Source: Hyaloraphidium curvatum SAG 235-1 (lineage: Eukaryota; Fungi; Monoblepharomycota). Taken from it: a stretch of 64,000 nt of DNA. Below the pieces are notes generated by a model. The model was not told the DNA's origin, ran no database searches, and was given only the letters and a program-made list of their open reading frames with translations. A program made the position numbers and the translations under genes. Each line of letters starts with the position of its first letter. Position 1 is the stretch's first letter. This document shows positions 10,666 to 20,245 of this stretch, in pieces. The stretch is taken from contig JAIVFI010000001.1 of assembly GCA_025558095.1 (NCBI GenBank), positions 1,240,001-1,304,000 of the forward strand, in the 5' to 3' direction.

Positions 10666-12279
10666 TCACGAGAAGGGGCAAATCACCTCCAGCGTGAAGA
10701 ACGCCCATCCCTTGAGCACCCCGTAGATCGCAACCGCGAGCGTCACCCCCGTGACTGCCACCGTCCTCAGCAGCCCGCCCGTCACCGGCACGCCGACGAA
10801 CCTCCCCCTCGCGTCCTCGGCCTCGAGCATGCCGCCCAGCACGTCGTCGTACGATCGCAAAGCATCCAGCACAGCGGACCGCGTGCGGGGGTCGCGCGCC
10901 GCCGCGGGGCACGCGGAGATGTCAGCCCTCGCGGCGCGGATCCGGGTCCGTGCGCGGCGGTACGAGGCCGCGGCGGCTTCGATGCCGCGGTTGGAAAAAG
11001 CCACCAGCGCGAGAAAGTGGAAGATGAGCGCCGAGGCCAAGCCGATGGCGAAGACCGAGTGCGCGGTAACGCAGGATCCCGTTGCAAGGTTCACCGCGAC
11101 CAGGAAGAGCTCGGCAAGCATGCCGAGCGCAATGTGACGCACGCGAAGCTCGAGGGAGGAGGTACGATATCGCCAGGCGTCCGTCAGTTGCGAATGGAGG
11201 TAGATCATCGAGTCAGGGGCACGAAAGCGTGCAAAAAGACATTCGATCGCCGCGTCGGAAAGCTCTCCCGTGTGGCCAACCGCCTCTACAGGGGCATCGT
11301 TCGCGCCCTTCTGCAGCAGGGACACGGCGCGCGACACAAGCTCTTCGCAGAGCGAGGCGGCTTCAGAAGCAACGAGCTCAACCGCGCGGCTTTGCAATCG
11401 CCGCTCGATCTGGTACGATACTGCGTTGAACATTCCGATTGCATGCGTTGAAACGGTCAATGTGTAGATAGTTGCCGAGCACAGGAACCACAGGGCGAGA
11501 ACCAGGGACCAGGGGGTGCTCCAGGTTGCTGTTCCGACGGTGTGAAGAGGAGTCCAAGTCATCGAAAAACTCCATCCAAACGTCAAGTAGGTCGTGAGGA
11601 ACAGCGAACCCATCACGATGTCGTACCCGACGTATCGGCCCCGTTTGAGCGGGCCTCCGCCGCATCCAGGTGCGGGGCATGGACACATTGGATCCAAATC
11701 TTCGTGGTCCAGGAGCTTGGTTGCGCCGGAAGCAACGAGCTGTCGGTACCGTATCAAGCTTTCGATTGACGCCACCGGATCGGTTGGAATGTCCGGCGGC
11801 CTCAGCTTCGAAAAGTAAGGGCTCCAGTAGAACGTCCAGTGAGGTACGTGATGTATAGCGAGCACCAGCGTGCTCGCAATGGTGCCAGCGAGCAGCTGCC
11901 GGAAACCGAAGAGTCCAGGGTTGAAGACCCACACGGGTGCAAAGAGGGCCGCCATGGACGCGCACCACGAGCCATGCGAGACGGCGAGGAGACAGCCGGG
12001 CAGTCGAAGCGCGAAAGCGGCCAGCCTGGCGTACGTGGATTCGGGAGCGAGAAGCAGGTGCGCAGCGCAGTCGAGCTGCGCCGGCGTGGAGGGATCCTTG
12101 AGCCGCGCATCCGCCGCCGGTCCGTGCTTGGAGTTTGGCCAGCTGTCCATCGCCATGGGAACCAGGGCTCGCCACTCAACGTCCGAGAATGTGGTGGCGA
12201 CGCTGCTTTCGTCCGCGTCTCCCCTTTCGACCGCGGCGAGAAGCTCCACGGACGCCGGCCCGTCCTCCGCCACGACCAT
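10666..12279 (-). CDS. multi-pass membrane protein (about 7 TM), candidate 7TMIC/gustatory-receptor-like fold
   Basis: 537-aa intronless ORF with about 7 hydrophobic segments, ending in GRFVGVPVTGGLLRTVAVTGVTLAVAIYGVL. Confidence 0.75.
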   Translation of the reverse strand: MVVAEDGPASVELLAAVERGDADESSVATTFSDVEWRALVPMAMDSWPNSKHGPAADARLKDPSTPAQLDCAAHLLLAPESTYARLAAFALRLPGCLLAVSHGSWCASMAALFAPVWVFNPGLFGFRQLLAGTIASTLVLAIHHVPHWTFYWSPYFSKLRPPDIPTDPVASIESLIRYRQLVASGATKLLDHEDLDPMCPCPAPGCGGGPLKRGRYVGYDIVMGSLFLTTYLTFGWSFSMTWTPLHTVGTATWSTPWSLVLALWFLCSATIYTLTVSTHAIGMFNAVSYQIERRLQSRAVELVASEAASLCEELVSRAVSLLQKGANDAPVEAVGHTGELSDAAIECLFARFRAPDSMIYLHSQLTDAWRYRTSSLELRVRHIALGMLAELFLVAVNLATGSCVTAHSVFAIGLASALIFHFLALVAFSNRGIEAAAASYRRARTRIRAARADISACPAAARDPRTRSAVLDALRSYDDVLGGMLEAEDARGRFVGVPVTGGLLRTVAVTGVTLAVAIYGVLKGWAFFTLEVICPFS

Positions 12280-12536
12280 TGCGGCGCTCCGTCAGACCCG
12301 CGTGATTTGTCTCCACTAGCAAAGTACGATGATTGATTTTCGGCGCTCCAGGGGACGCAGAGCCGTCCTCGTCATCCCCCTTCGTGGCGAGTGATCGGCG
12401 ACGAAGGCCGGCTGATCGGAGAGAGACCCCTCCCGGCGAAATGCGCGTCGCCCCGGTGTTTCGCAGCGCGGCTGGCGGCGCGAATACGCGGTGATCGTTT
12501 GTCGTCCGTCTGCCGCGGCTCGGCCGCCGCGCACCG

Positions 12537-13775
12537 ATGGCGAAGGTGCGCGTGCGGTTCCTCCTTCTCGTCGTCGGCGCGCTGCTGCTCGTCGCGCACG
12601 CGCTGCTGCGCCACTCGCCGCGGCCGCCGCGCCGCCATCGCGAGTCGCGGCGCGCGCAGATCGTGCCCGCCGCGGCGGGCTACGCGGAGCTCGCGGTCGG
12701 CGTGCGGTCGGCCGCGCTGGACGCCGGCGAGGCGCTGCAGCGCGTGGCCGTGCAGCAGGCTACCTTCTTGCAGTGGGCTGCGAGCGTGGCGCTGGTCGGG
12801 CAGAGGCGTCTCGGCGCTGGCCCGCATTTTTCCGTGGCCGTGGAGGCGCACAACGACACGCACGTGCCTTCGCTGCTGTACCTGCGGAAACGCTTCGGCG
12901 CCGCAGAGTGGTACCTGCTGGCCGACGACGACTCGTACGTTTTCCTCGCCAACATCCGGCACCATGTGCGCCGGCACGGCCTGGAGCCGGGCAAGCCGCA
13001 CTTCCTCGGCTATGCGATGCACTTCCGCGGCTGCGCCGGGATCAAGGAGTTTGGCGAGGGCCCGACGTTTGCCCAGTCATCCTCGGGGATCCTGGTGTCC
13101 CGCGAGGCCCTGTGGATGCTGCAGGAGCGCGGCTCCTGCGCGGGAAAGTACCCGGACTGCGAGGTCGGCGAGGTGCGCCTGGGCCTCTGCCTGCGCGACG
13201 CGGGCGTGAAGATGGGCGCGCAGCGCGACGGATTCCACCTCATCCCGCCGACATCGTCCTCGTTCGCCTGGCCGCCGCCGTGCGAGTACCCGCTCGCCTT
13301 CCCCAAGGCCGGCGGCCTGCTCGCGCAGGCGCTGTACGACGCCGAGCGGGAGAAGCGGCAGGCCGTCGAGGCCAGGCTCGAGGTGCTCGCCCGCGCGGCG
13401 GCCGGGAACCGGACCGATGCCGCCGCGTACCTCGCCAGGCTGAACGCGACGGCGGGCGGGATGTACAGGCTGGCGCCCGTGGTCACCTACGCCGACGTGC
13501 ACGCGCGGCTCGCGCTGCCGGACCACCAGGCGGATCACTTGAAGGCGGACATTGCGGGCGGCGATTTCCACGAGGTGCAGGGGGTGGGCACGTGGGCCGA
13601 GTGCCGCGCCGCCTGCGAGGGCGGGCGGCATCCCGAGGGGATGGGGCCGTGCGTGGCGTGGACGCACGTCGAGGACACGGCCCTGTGCAGGCTCAAGGAT
13701 CGGATCGGGGCGATCAGGCAGGCCGCGACGAACCTGGTGTCGGGCGTGGTTCCGGGGAACTACCGGTGTGATTGA
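12537..13775 (+). CDS. glycosyltransferase family 31 (Fringe/C1GalT-like) with a C-terminal PAN/Apple domain
   Basis: N-terminal type II anchor, WYLLADDDSYVFLANI motif, and LGLCLRDAGV. The C-terminus ECRAAC...CVAWTH...CRLK...VSG has the PAN cysteine pattern. Confidence 0.85.
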   Translation: MAKVRVRFLLLVVGALLLVAHALLRHSPRPPRRHRESRRAQIVPAAAGYAELAVGVRSAALDAGEALQRVAVQQATFLQWAASVALVGQRRLGAGPHFSVAVEAHNDTHVPSLLYLRKRFGAAEWYLLADDDSYVFLANIRHHVRRHGLEPGKPHFLGYAMHFRGCAGIKEFGEGPTFAQSSSGILVSREALWMLQERGSCAGKYPDCEVGEVRLGLCLRDAGVKMGAQRDGFHLIPPTSSSFAWPPPCEYPLAFPKAGGLLAQALYDAEREKRQAVEARLEVLARAAAGNRTDAAAYLARLNATAGGMYRLAPVVTYADVHARLALPDHQADHLKADIAGGDFHEVQGVGTWAECRAACEGGRHPEGMGPCVAWTHVEDTALCRLKDRIGAIRQAATNLVSGVVPGNYRCD

Positions 13776-14045
13776 ATCGAGGCGTGAAGATCATCCTTTG
13801 GGCGAGCGCGTGCCCTGGCCCGGCCAAGATAGGACTTGCAGACTAAAGACGGTTCCAATGACCCGTCAAAGACCCCTGTTTTGCCACGGTCCTGGTCTGT
13901 TCTCGTTGCGAACCTACGGTGATCGATTGTCCCCACTCTCCTTGCTTCCAAACAAACAGTGTTTGCGGCTGACGCCGCGCTTTCCATTGAAGGCGGTCCT
14001 TGAGCCTTGCGGAGAACGGACGACCGGTGGTCGGAATCGGGTCTC

Positions 14046-15121
14046 ATGGCCGACGCGGGAACGACCACGTCTCCCCCCGCTGCGGACGCAGAGACGGAAG
14101 CAGAGCCTCCACGGATCCCGCCGGAGATCTTCCTGCGGATCGTGGAACTGACGCCGGACTGGTATACACAACGGCGGCGGGTCCAATATGCTCTCGCGAG
14201 GACCTGCAAGGAGCTGTACTGCTTGTTCTCTCCGGAGGTCATCGAGCGCCTCTATGTGGATTGGACGCCGAGGCAGCCGAAGAACTGGCTCGCCAAGGAC
14301 ACCATGGAGCAGCTCTCGGGCGACAGCAAGTATTCGTTCGTCAGGGAGTTGAGCTGCACCGACATTTTCTCTGGTGGCTCCCATGTCGTTCCCGAAGCTG
14401 ACCCAGTTGAATCTGGCCGGGTGCTATCACCAGGGCCTTAAGAAAGCTCTGAGCGCGAGAGTGCCAGTTCTCGAGACGGTCAACTGCGCATTTGTGGAGA
14501 ATATGTGCCGCGTCGCCGTCTGGGCATTCCCGAAACGAATCCTCACGTTCACACGTGGCACTGGCAAGCGTCCCGATACCGCGAAGTCGTCTCTTTGATC
14601 CAGAGACGTGACTTCCAGCCGGTTCAGCTCATTCAAGATTGGGATTCGGACAAAGATGTTATTGAGGATATCACAGACCTGGACCTTTGGGACGAAGAGG
14701 GCAACTCTGTGTGGGACGAAAAACTGAATGGAGGAACCCACGCTTGGAGGAGGTCGAACTAAGCTACCTTTCTACGCTGAATCTGACGCGAAGCCTTCCT
14801 TGCCGCCTGAAGAAGCTGACGGTGTCGCGCATGAAGATCTCGGGGCTTCGTGCGGGACAGCTTGCCCAAGTGGAATCCAATCTCAAGCAATTCGATGAGC
14901 TGGACCTACGCTTCAACCGTTTCATCAATGCCGACGGCGAGGATTTCACTCCCGAAGAGCTGGACTTTTGGAAACGCATTGCCGCGACCCGGGATGGCCT
15001 TGACTTCGAGTGTGACATGGAAATGCCAAATGCTGGGGAGGTAGATGTCGATGCTAACCAAGACGAGGATGGAGACGAGGATGGAGAGGAGGATGGGGAC
15101 GAGGACGCTGTAGATGTCTAG
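14046..15121 (+). pseudogene. F-box-like/LRR family paralog B, frameshifted
   Basis: Shares LARTCKELY, SKYSFV, LxLAGxYHQGL, VPVLExV, RRDF, RLEEVE and TPEExxFWxRxAxTRDG with 6339..7507. It needs three frame changes (about 14370, 14540, 14727) with no intron-sized gap. Confidence 0.65.
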
Positions 15122-15311
15122 GCTTTTCCATAACTAAGTGGTCAAATGTTTGCACAGCAACACTTCGCATTCAATGAAACGGTGCCCAAGTCTACCTGGT
15201 GCAGCCGTCCATACCTGTCCAGAGTCAAAGGAGCTTCCCCGACCGACCACTCAGTCCCGGGGTCCACAATGAGTGGTTCAACCTGGTTCCTGCTCGGTCG
15301 CGCCATTTGTA

Positions 15312-15707
15312 TCATCTGACGGGCCGCAGGCTGGGAAAGAGTGCTGCAAGCGCCTGAGCTGCAAGACCGAGGATTCCCGGTAGGTGGAACCAAGCCGAGA
15401 CAATGTCGACAACGGTACCTCCGCCGAGAGATACCCCCAGCAGCAGCTCGAACGAAAGCAGAAGGGGGAGATAGACAGCCCCCATGAGTAACCGGCCATC
15501 GTGTGACAGCGGAGTCCGGCGGAGAAGCGCGCCTGCCAAAGACCAGGCGGCGAACAGCATGAGCGGGAGTTCGACGAGAACGGCCCACGTCTCTCCCATG
15601 AGGGGCACGAGGACGGGGATCCGGATCAGTGCGATCCCGAATCCGATCACAAAGAGGCCGACAGCGTAGAGTAATCCGGAGAGGACCGCATCGCGGATGG
15701 ATGCCAT
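15312..15707 (-). CDS. small 4-TM membrane protein of bacterial type
   Basis: 131-aa intronless hydrophobic ORF with motifs GFxxxxIRxxxLxPxxGExxAVLxELPxML and GxLGLAAQ. Confidence 0.75.
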   Translation of the reverse strand: MASIRDAVLSGLLYAVGLFVIGFGIALIRIPVLVPLMGETWAVLVELPLMLFAAWSLAGALLRRTPLSHDGRLLMGAVYLPLLLSFELLLGVSLGGGTVVDIVSAWFHLPGILGLAAQALAALFPSLRPVR

Positions 15708-15881
15708 TGCAACGGAGTTGAAGCGTACGAGGACGTGATCGGAGCGGCGATCGCACCTTCAAACATTGGCTCTGGTTCGCCGTAGGACGCCGTCGTCCGC
15801 TCCGTCGCTTTTCATTCGCGGTCTCCGTCACGTACGGAAGCTGGTTTCGGCCGCGGAATCGCCAAAGTCGCGGCTGGAGAG

Positions 15882-16496
15882 ATGTCGTGGCAGGCAACTC
15901 CCGCGCACATATTCGCCGCACTCCAGACGCGCAAACCCCGGCGCGTCTTTGAAAACCTCAAGGAATCCGCCGAGGTGGTGACGCTCGATGGACCGGGTCC
16001 GGTGCCGGTCCACATCGTTGCCTGCAGCGGCGTGCGATTCTCGTTCTCGGGCACGAAGCTTTCCTCAATAACGGTCGAACGCTGCGAGGACGTCACGGTC
16101 GAACTCGGTTCCGTCATCGGCGCGGTGGAAGTGATTCGCTGCTCGCGTACGTTGCTCTCGGTCCCGGGGGAAACCGCGGGCACCGTGACGCTGGACAATT
16201 GCAAAGCATGCCGCGTGGATCTGCGTGTTGCGCCCGGGACTGGGGACCTACAGGATGCTCTGAGGCGGTGCAGCGGTATGAGCGTGTTTTCGAGCGCGTG
16301 CGAGGGAGCCACGGTCGGAATCGCGGTGGAGGGGAGCACGGCGGAGCTGCCGCGGTACGCAATCCCGGACGATGCCAAGGATGGCAACAGGCTCTGGCGG
16401 CATAGGACGCGGGTGCTGGAGGGCAAGACGGGAACGTGCGCCGTCGGGACACAGTTGGTGAATCTTTACGGCGATGTCGTGTCTGATTCGGGGTAG
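15882..16496 (+). CDS. C-CAP/cofactor C-like beta-helix domain protein
   Basis: Repeating beta-helix turns: SSITVERCEDVTV, GAVEVIRCSRT, GTVTLDNCKAC, VFSSACEG. Confidence 0.65.
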   Translation: MSWQATPAHIFAALQTRKPRRVFENLKESAEVVTLDGPGPVPVHIVACSGVRFSFSGTKLSSITVERCEDVTVELGSVIGAVEVIRCSRTLLSVPGETAGTVTLDNCKACRVDLRVAPGTGDLQDALRRCSGMSVFSSACEGATVGIAVEGSTAELPRYAIPDDAKDGNRLWRHRTRVLEGKTGTCAVGTQLVNLYGDVVSDSG

Positions 16497-16552
16497 AGAT
16501 CTATCTATGTGCTTTTTCCCTGCTTTTTCCCTTTATAAGCGCCGTTCGAGCT

Positions 16553-17838
16553 CTAAACACGGTAGAATTTCTTGCCGTTTTCGACCCATAGCTTGCGCTT
16601 CTGCTCGGCCGTGAACCCGAGCTTGTCGAATACGATAGAGTAACACTTGACGAGCGCCGCGTACGATGCCTCATGGCCATCCTGCGCAAAAAGAGGTTCA
16701 CGATTGCCCACAGAGTACTGATCCGGGCACACTCACGACCGGGAAATTGGAGCCGAACATGCAGCGATCCGTGCCGAACAGCTTCAGCGCCTCCTCGACC
16801 ATCGCCCCGAAACGGGAGGCGGCGAGCACCTCGCCAGTGATCTTCTCGCCCATCTTTGCCTTGGGTCCGCTGCCACCAACGAGTCAGCCGAATCGCTCGT
16901 CTTCGGAGCACAAGACACCCACAACCCGAATCCGAGCTGGCTCATTAGCCCGCTAATCTTGACGTAGATGTTACTGAGCTTTGCCAGCGCCGCCATGTCC
17001 TCCTGCCATTTCGCATAGACTGCGTCATCGTTGGCGACCCCTAGCGGGGTGCCGAAATGGTCCAGGACAAAGTTGACGTCCGGGCACGCCTTGGCAAGCA
17101 CGGCGAGACCGGGAAGCTGATGTCCGTAACACCAGGCGTCGAATGTGAGACCATACTTGGCAAAGAGGGCGGTGTTCTTGATCATCTGCGGGTCCGCGAA
17201 AGGCTGATCGCCGCCAAGGCCAGCGGCAAGGAAGCTGTGCATGCCCTTGTTGTGGTCGTCGCGGGAGATGCAGAAACGGATCCCGCGGAAATTCTTGAAC
17301 TTCATGTGCTCCTTGAGGTGGGCTTCGACAGTCTGCCGTCCGGGAGGAGGGTAAGGTGAGCTTCGCCGGAACGGGGTCGATGAGTGTCGACCAACCGCTT
17401 CGTCCGTCAGCATGTTTGTCTCCCCCACGACTGCGGTGTTGACCTGGTTCTTGGTCCGATCCGCAATCATCTGCGTCCATTCGGTTTCGCCGACGGGGTC
17501 CGTCTCCCAGAAGCATTGCAGGTAGGTGGAGCCGACAAGCTTTGCTCCCGCCGACTCGACGTCCTTGACCAGGTCCGCATCCGTGTACACCGGGCTGTAA
17601 GCCGCCCCACCGCCGGGGCGCTTATCGCCGTCAAACAACCATAGGTGGTGGTGTGAGTCTGTGCCATCGTTCCATCGGCGGAGTACCGGAAGCAGGATGT
17701 GGCGAAGAGTGGGTGACAGCCGGGGTGCCGGGCGACAGACGTGCGTTGCAAGCGGCCAATCGCGGCGGAAATCGATCAGCAAAGAGAATGGAGAGCAGGA
17801 AGGCGCGTACCGTAGATCTCGAACGTGGAATCCGCCAT
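16553..17838 (-). CDS. amidohydrolase family 2 protein (lactonase-like)
   Basis: The spliced protein contains YDSHHHLW, FRGIR, FVLDHFGTP, NIYVKISG and FGTDRCMFGSNFPVD. Several introns; stop TAG at 16553-16555. Confidence 0.85.
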
Positions 17839-17916
17839 GTTTGGTTCAGGGAGGTGTTTACCCGGTGCTGGGTGACGGGACGCGATCCGCTGCCAGTCGA
17901 CCGCACATCGCCGACA

Positions 17917-18529
17917 ATGACCTCCACGGCAGCAGCGATGCGGCTCCAGATGGGAGCGCGGCGACGTCTCTGCCCGTCTCCGCGCGCGATTCGCGTGCCC
18001 GCGCCGGCCTTCTCTTCCCGGACGCTCCGGACAGCGGCTCCCCGTGCGACGCGTCCGCACCCCCGCTCTCCCACTTCCGCGCCTTTCACACCCCCCTCTC
18101 CCCATTTCCCGTCCCAGTCGCGGAACTTCCGCCCCGCTCCCCTGCTCCGCGCGCCCGCGGACGCGCCCCCGGACCTGGAGGCCGAGATCGGCGCGATCAC
18201 GGAGCTGTACGGCGAGGCGAAGGACGAGCTGGAGTACGCGCTCGAGGCTCGAGGCACCACGTACTACAATTCCGACAAGGCGGCCGCTGGCGAGGTGCGT
18301 CGGCCCATCGGTCGTCCGGGGACGGTTCCGGTCCGCTGGAACGCGCAGTTGACGCGCCCGTCCTTCGCAGGCGGTGGAAGCGGTGCTGTCTCGGTACAAC
18401 CAGGTCCTGGAGGCGCTGCCAGAGGCGCAGAAGGCGGACCTACAGCGGCGGATCGGGCTAAAGGTCTTGGAACTGCGGGCGCAGTATGACGACATGACGA
18501 AGGACGATATCGAGGGCGATGATCACTAG
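17917..18529 (+). CDS. conserved small helical protein, probably mitochondrial (resembles plant 'embryogenesis-like' proteins)
   Basis: Arg-rich presequence, then ELYGEAKDELEYALEARGTTYYNSD, a GTGCGT..CAG intron, and LQRRIGLKVLELRAQ. Confidence 0.65.
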
Positions 18530-18691
18530 ATCGGGATGAAGAATGCCTGTTGCGCAGCTACTGCTCACTTTGACGGTGATGTATTGGTGGCGAATTGGCT
18601 TCGAGCTAGAGGTCAGCCCTTTGCGCGATCAAACGTGACGGGCGGGTTCCAACGCGCCGTATCTCCCGAGGCTCCGCACGGTCCCCCCGCG

Positions 18692-19922
18692 ATGCCGGCC
18701 CGCCGGGCGCTCGTCGCACTGCTGCTCGTGCTCGCGATCCTCTCCGTCGCCGGGATCGCGGATGCGCGGCGCCGATTGCCGCGCCGGGGCCGCGATGCGC
18801 GTCTCGCCGCGCAGCGCCCCTTCGCGGTGTCCGACGGCTACGATGGGGACAAGAAGAAGCCGAAAAAGCCCACGAAGGATTGCCGCTTCGTTGACTTGAC
18901 CAAGAACATGCCTCGGTGGGATTGATCCTGCTGCCAACTGTGTCGCTGACCGACCGCTCACCTGCCGTTGTCCCCCGGTCCACGCTCCCGCGCCGGAAAA
19001 CAGCAAATTCGAGCCCTCCGACGCGGTCTTTGTCCACGACCGCCTGTGGGTGGTCAGCGACGACTCGCGGCTCCTCGCCATGTCCCCCGACGGCGAGCTG
19101 CTCGAGAGCGTCGCGATCGGGGACCGCAAAGAATTCGATCTCGAGGCCATCGCCCACGACCCGTCCCGCCCGGACTTTCTGTACCTGGGCGTGGAGCACC
19201 CGCAGCAGATCCTCGAGTACTCGATCGAGCACAAGCGCGTCGGGCGGAAATGGGACCTCTCGGAGCACTTTGGCGACGTGCCCAAGAACCGCGGGCTCGA
19301 GGGCCTCGCATACGTGCCGACGGAGCGGTCCGCGACGGGTGGATACTTTGTCGCGGGGGTGCAGCACGATTCGAGGCTGCTGCTGTTCGACGTGGACCTG
19401 GCGGGGACGAGGGCAGAGGCGGAGGCGGTTGTGCTCGTGGCCGAGATCCAGGACCAGCCGGGGCCGGATTACGACATTTCGGCGGTTTCTCTGAGGGGGC
19501 ACCACCTGTACCTGCTGTTCGACTCGGAGCGGGAGGTGCGTTTGATCCCGGCGGAGGCGTCCACGTTGACTCACGACCATCTTCCCCGACGTTGGACAGA
19601 TGACCCGCGTGGACCTGGATGAGCACCACCAAGTGCTCCTGCCCGTCAGCAAGGGCGCCGATCCCTCGCAGTTGCCCTTCCGCATCGACGCGCTCAAGAT
19701 CACGCACGCCCACTACAAGTTCCAGATCTTGGGGCTTGAGGGCGTGGCGTTCTCCGAGCAGCACGCGTTCTTCTGCATCGGTGGGTGCTTTGGGCGTGTG
19801 TGTTTTGTGGGTTTGGAGTGTGAAACGCGGCACCAGATCCCTCCGACGATTCGCCGAAGGGCATCGTTCGCTACGACATCGAGCAGCTCGACAGGTGTTT
19901 CCTAGACCACGGGATGGAATGA
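18692..19922 (+). CDS. secreted SdiA-regulated/YjiK-like beta-propeller protein
   Basis: Signal peptide and repeated blade motifs FEPSD, DLEAIAH, GLEGLAY, DISAVS, GLEGVAF. Three short introns join the exons in frame. Confidence 0.7.
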
Positions 19923-20245
19923 GACGGGGCGGAAGATGGTGCTCGAGGGTTGCCTGCCGCGCTTTTCTCTTCGGGTGGATGCCGGATATGTGGCCGATCG
20001 CTAGAATTGATCTATCGAGCAGGCGAAGCCGGTGCCTCCGTTGGAGGCCGCAACCACCGGACTGGAATGATGGTATCTATCGTTGTCTGATCCCGGGTAC
20101 AAATCGGAGAACTCGAAGTGCGACATTTGATTGCGCCAAAGGGGCAAATTGGCCGGATGTCCTTCCTCGCGCGATGATCGGCGGGCCAGGGTTTCCGCGT
20201 TTGGGGGACCACCACCATTTCCGCTTCCGACCTTGCGCCGGGGGG

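Noticed and set aside
15060-15110. GACGAGGATGGA-type repeats
   Set aside because: They encode an acidic DEDG tail and are not a CRISPR-like array.
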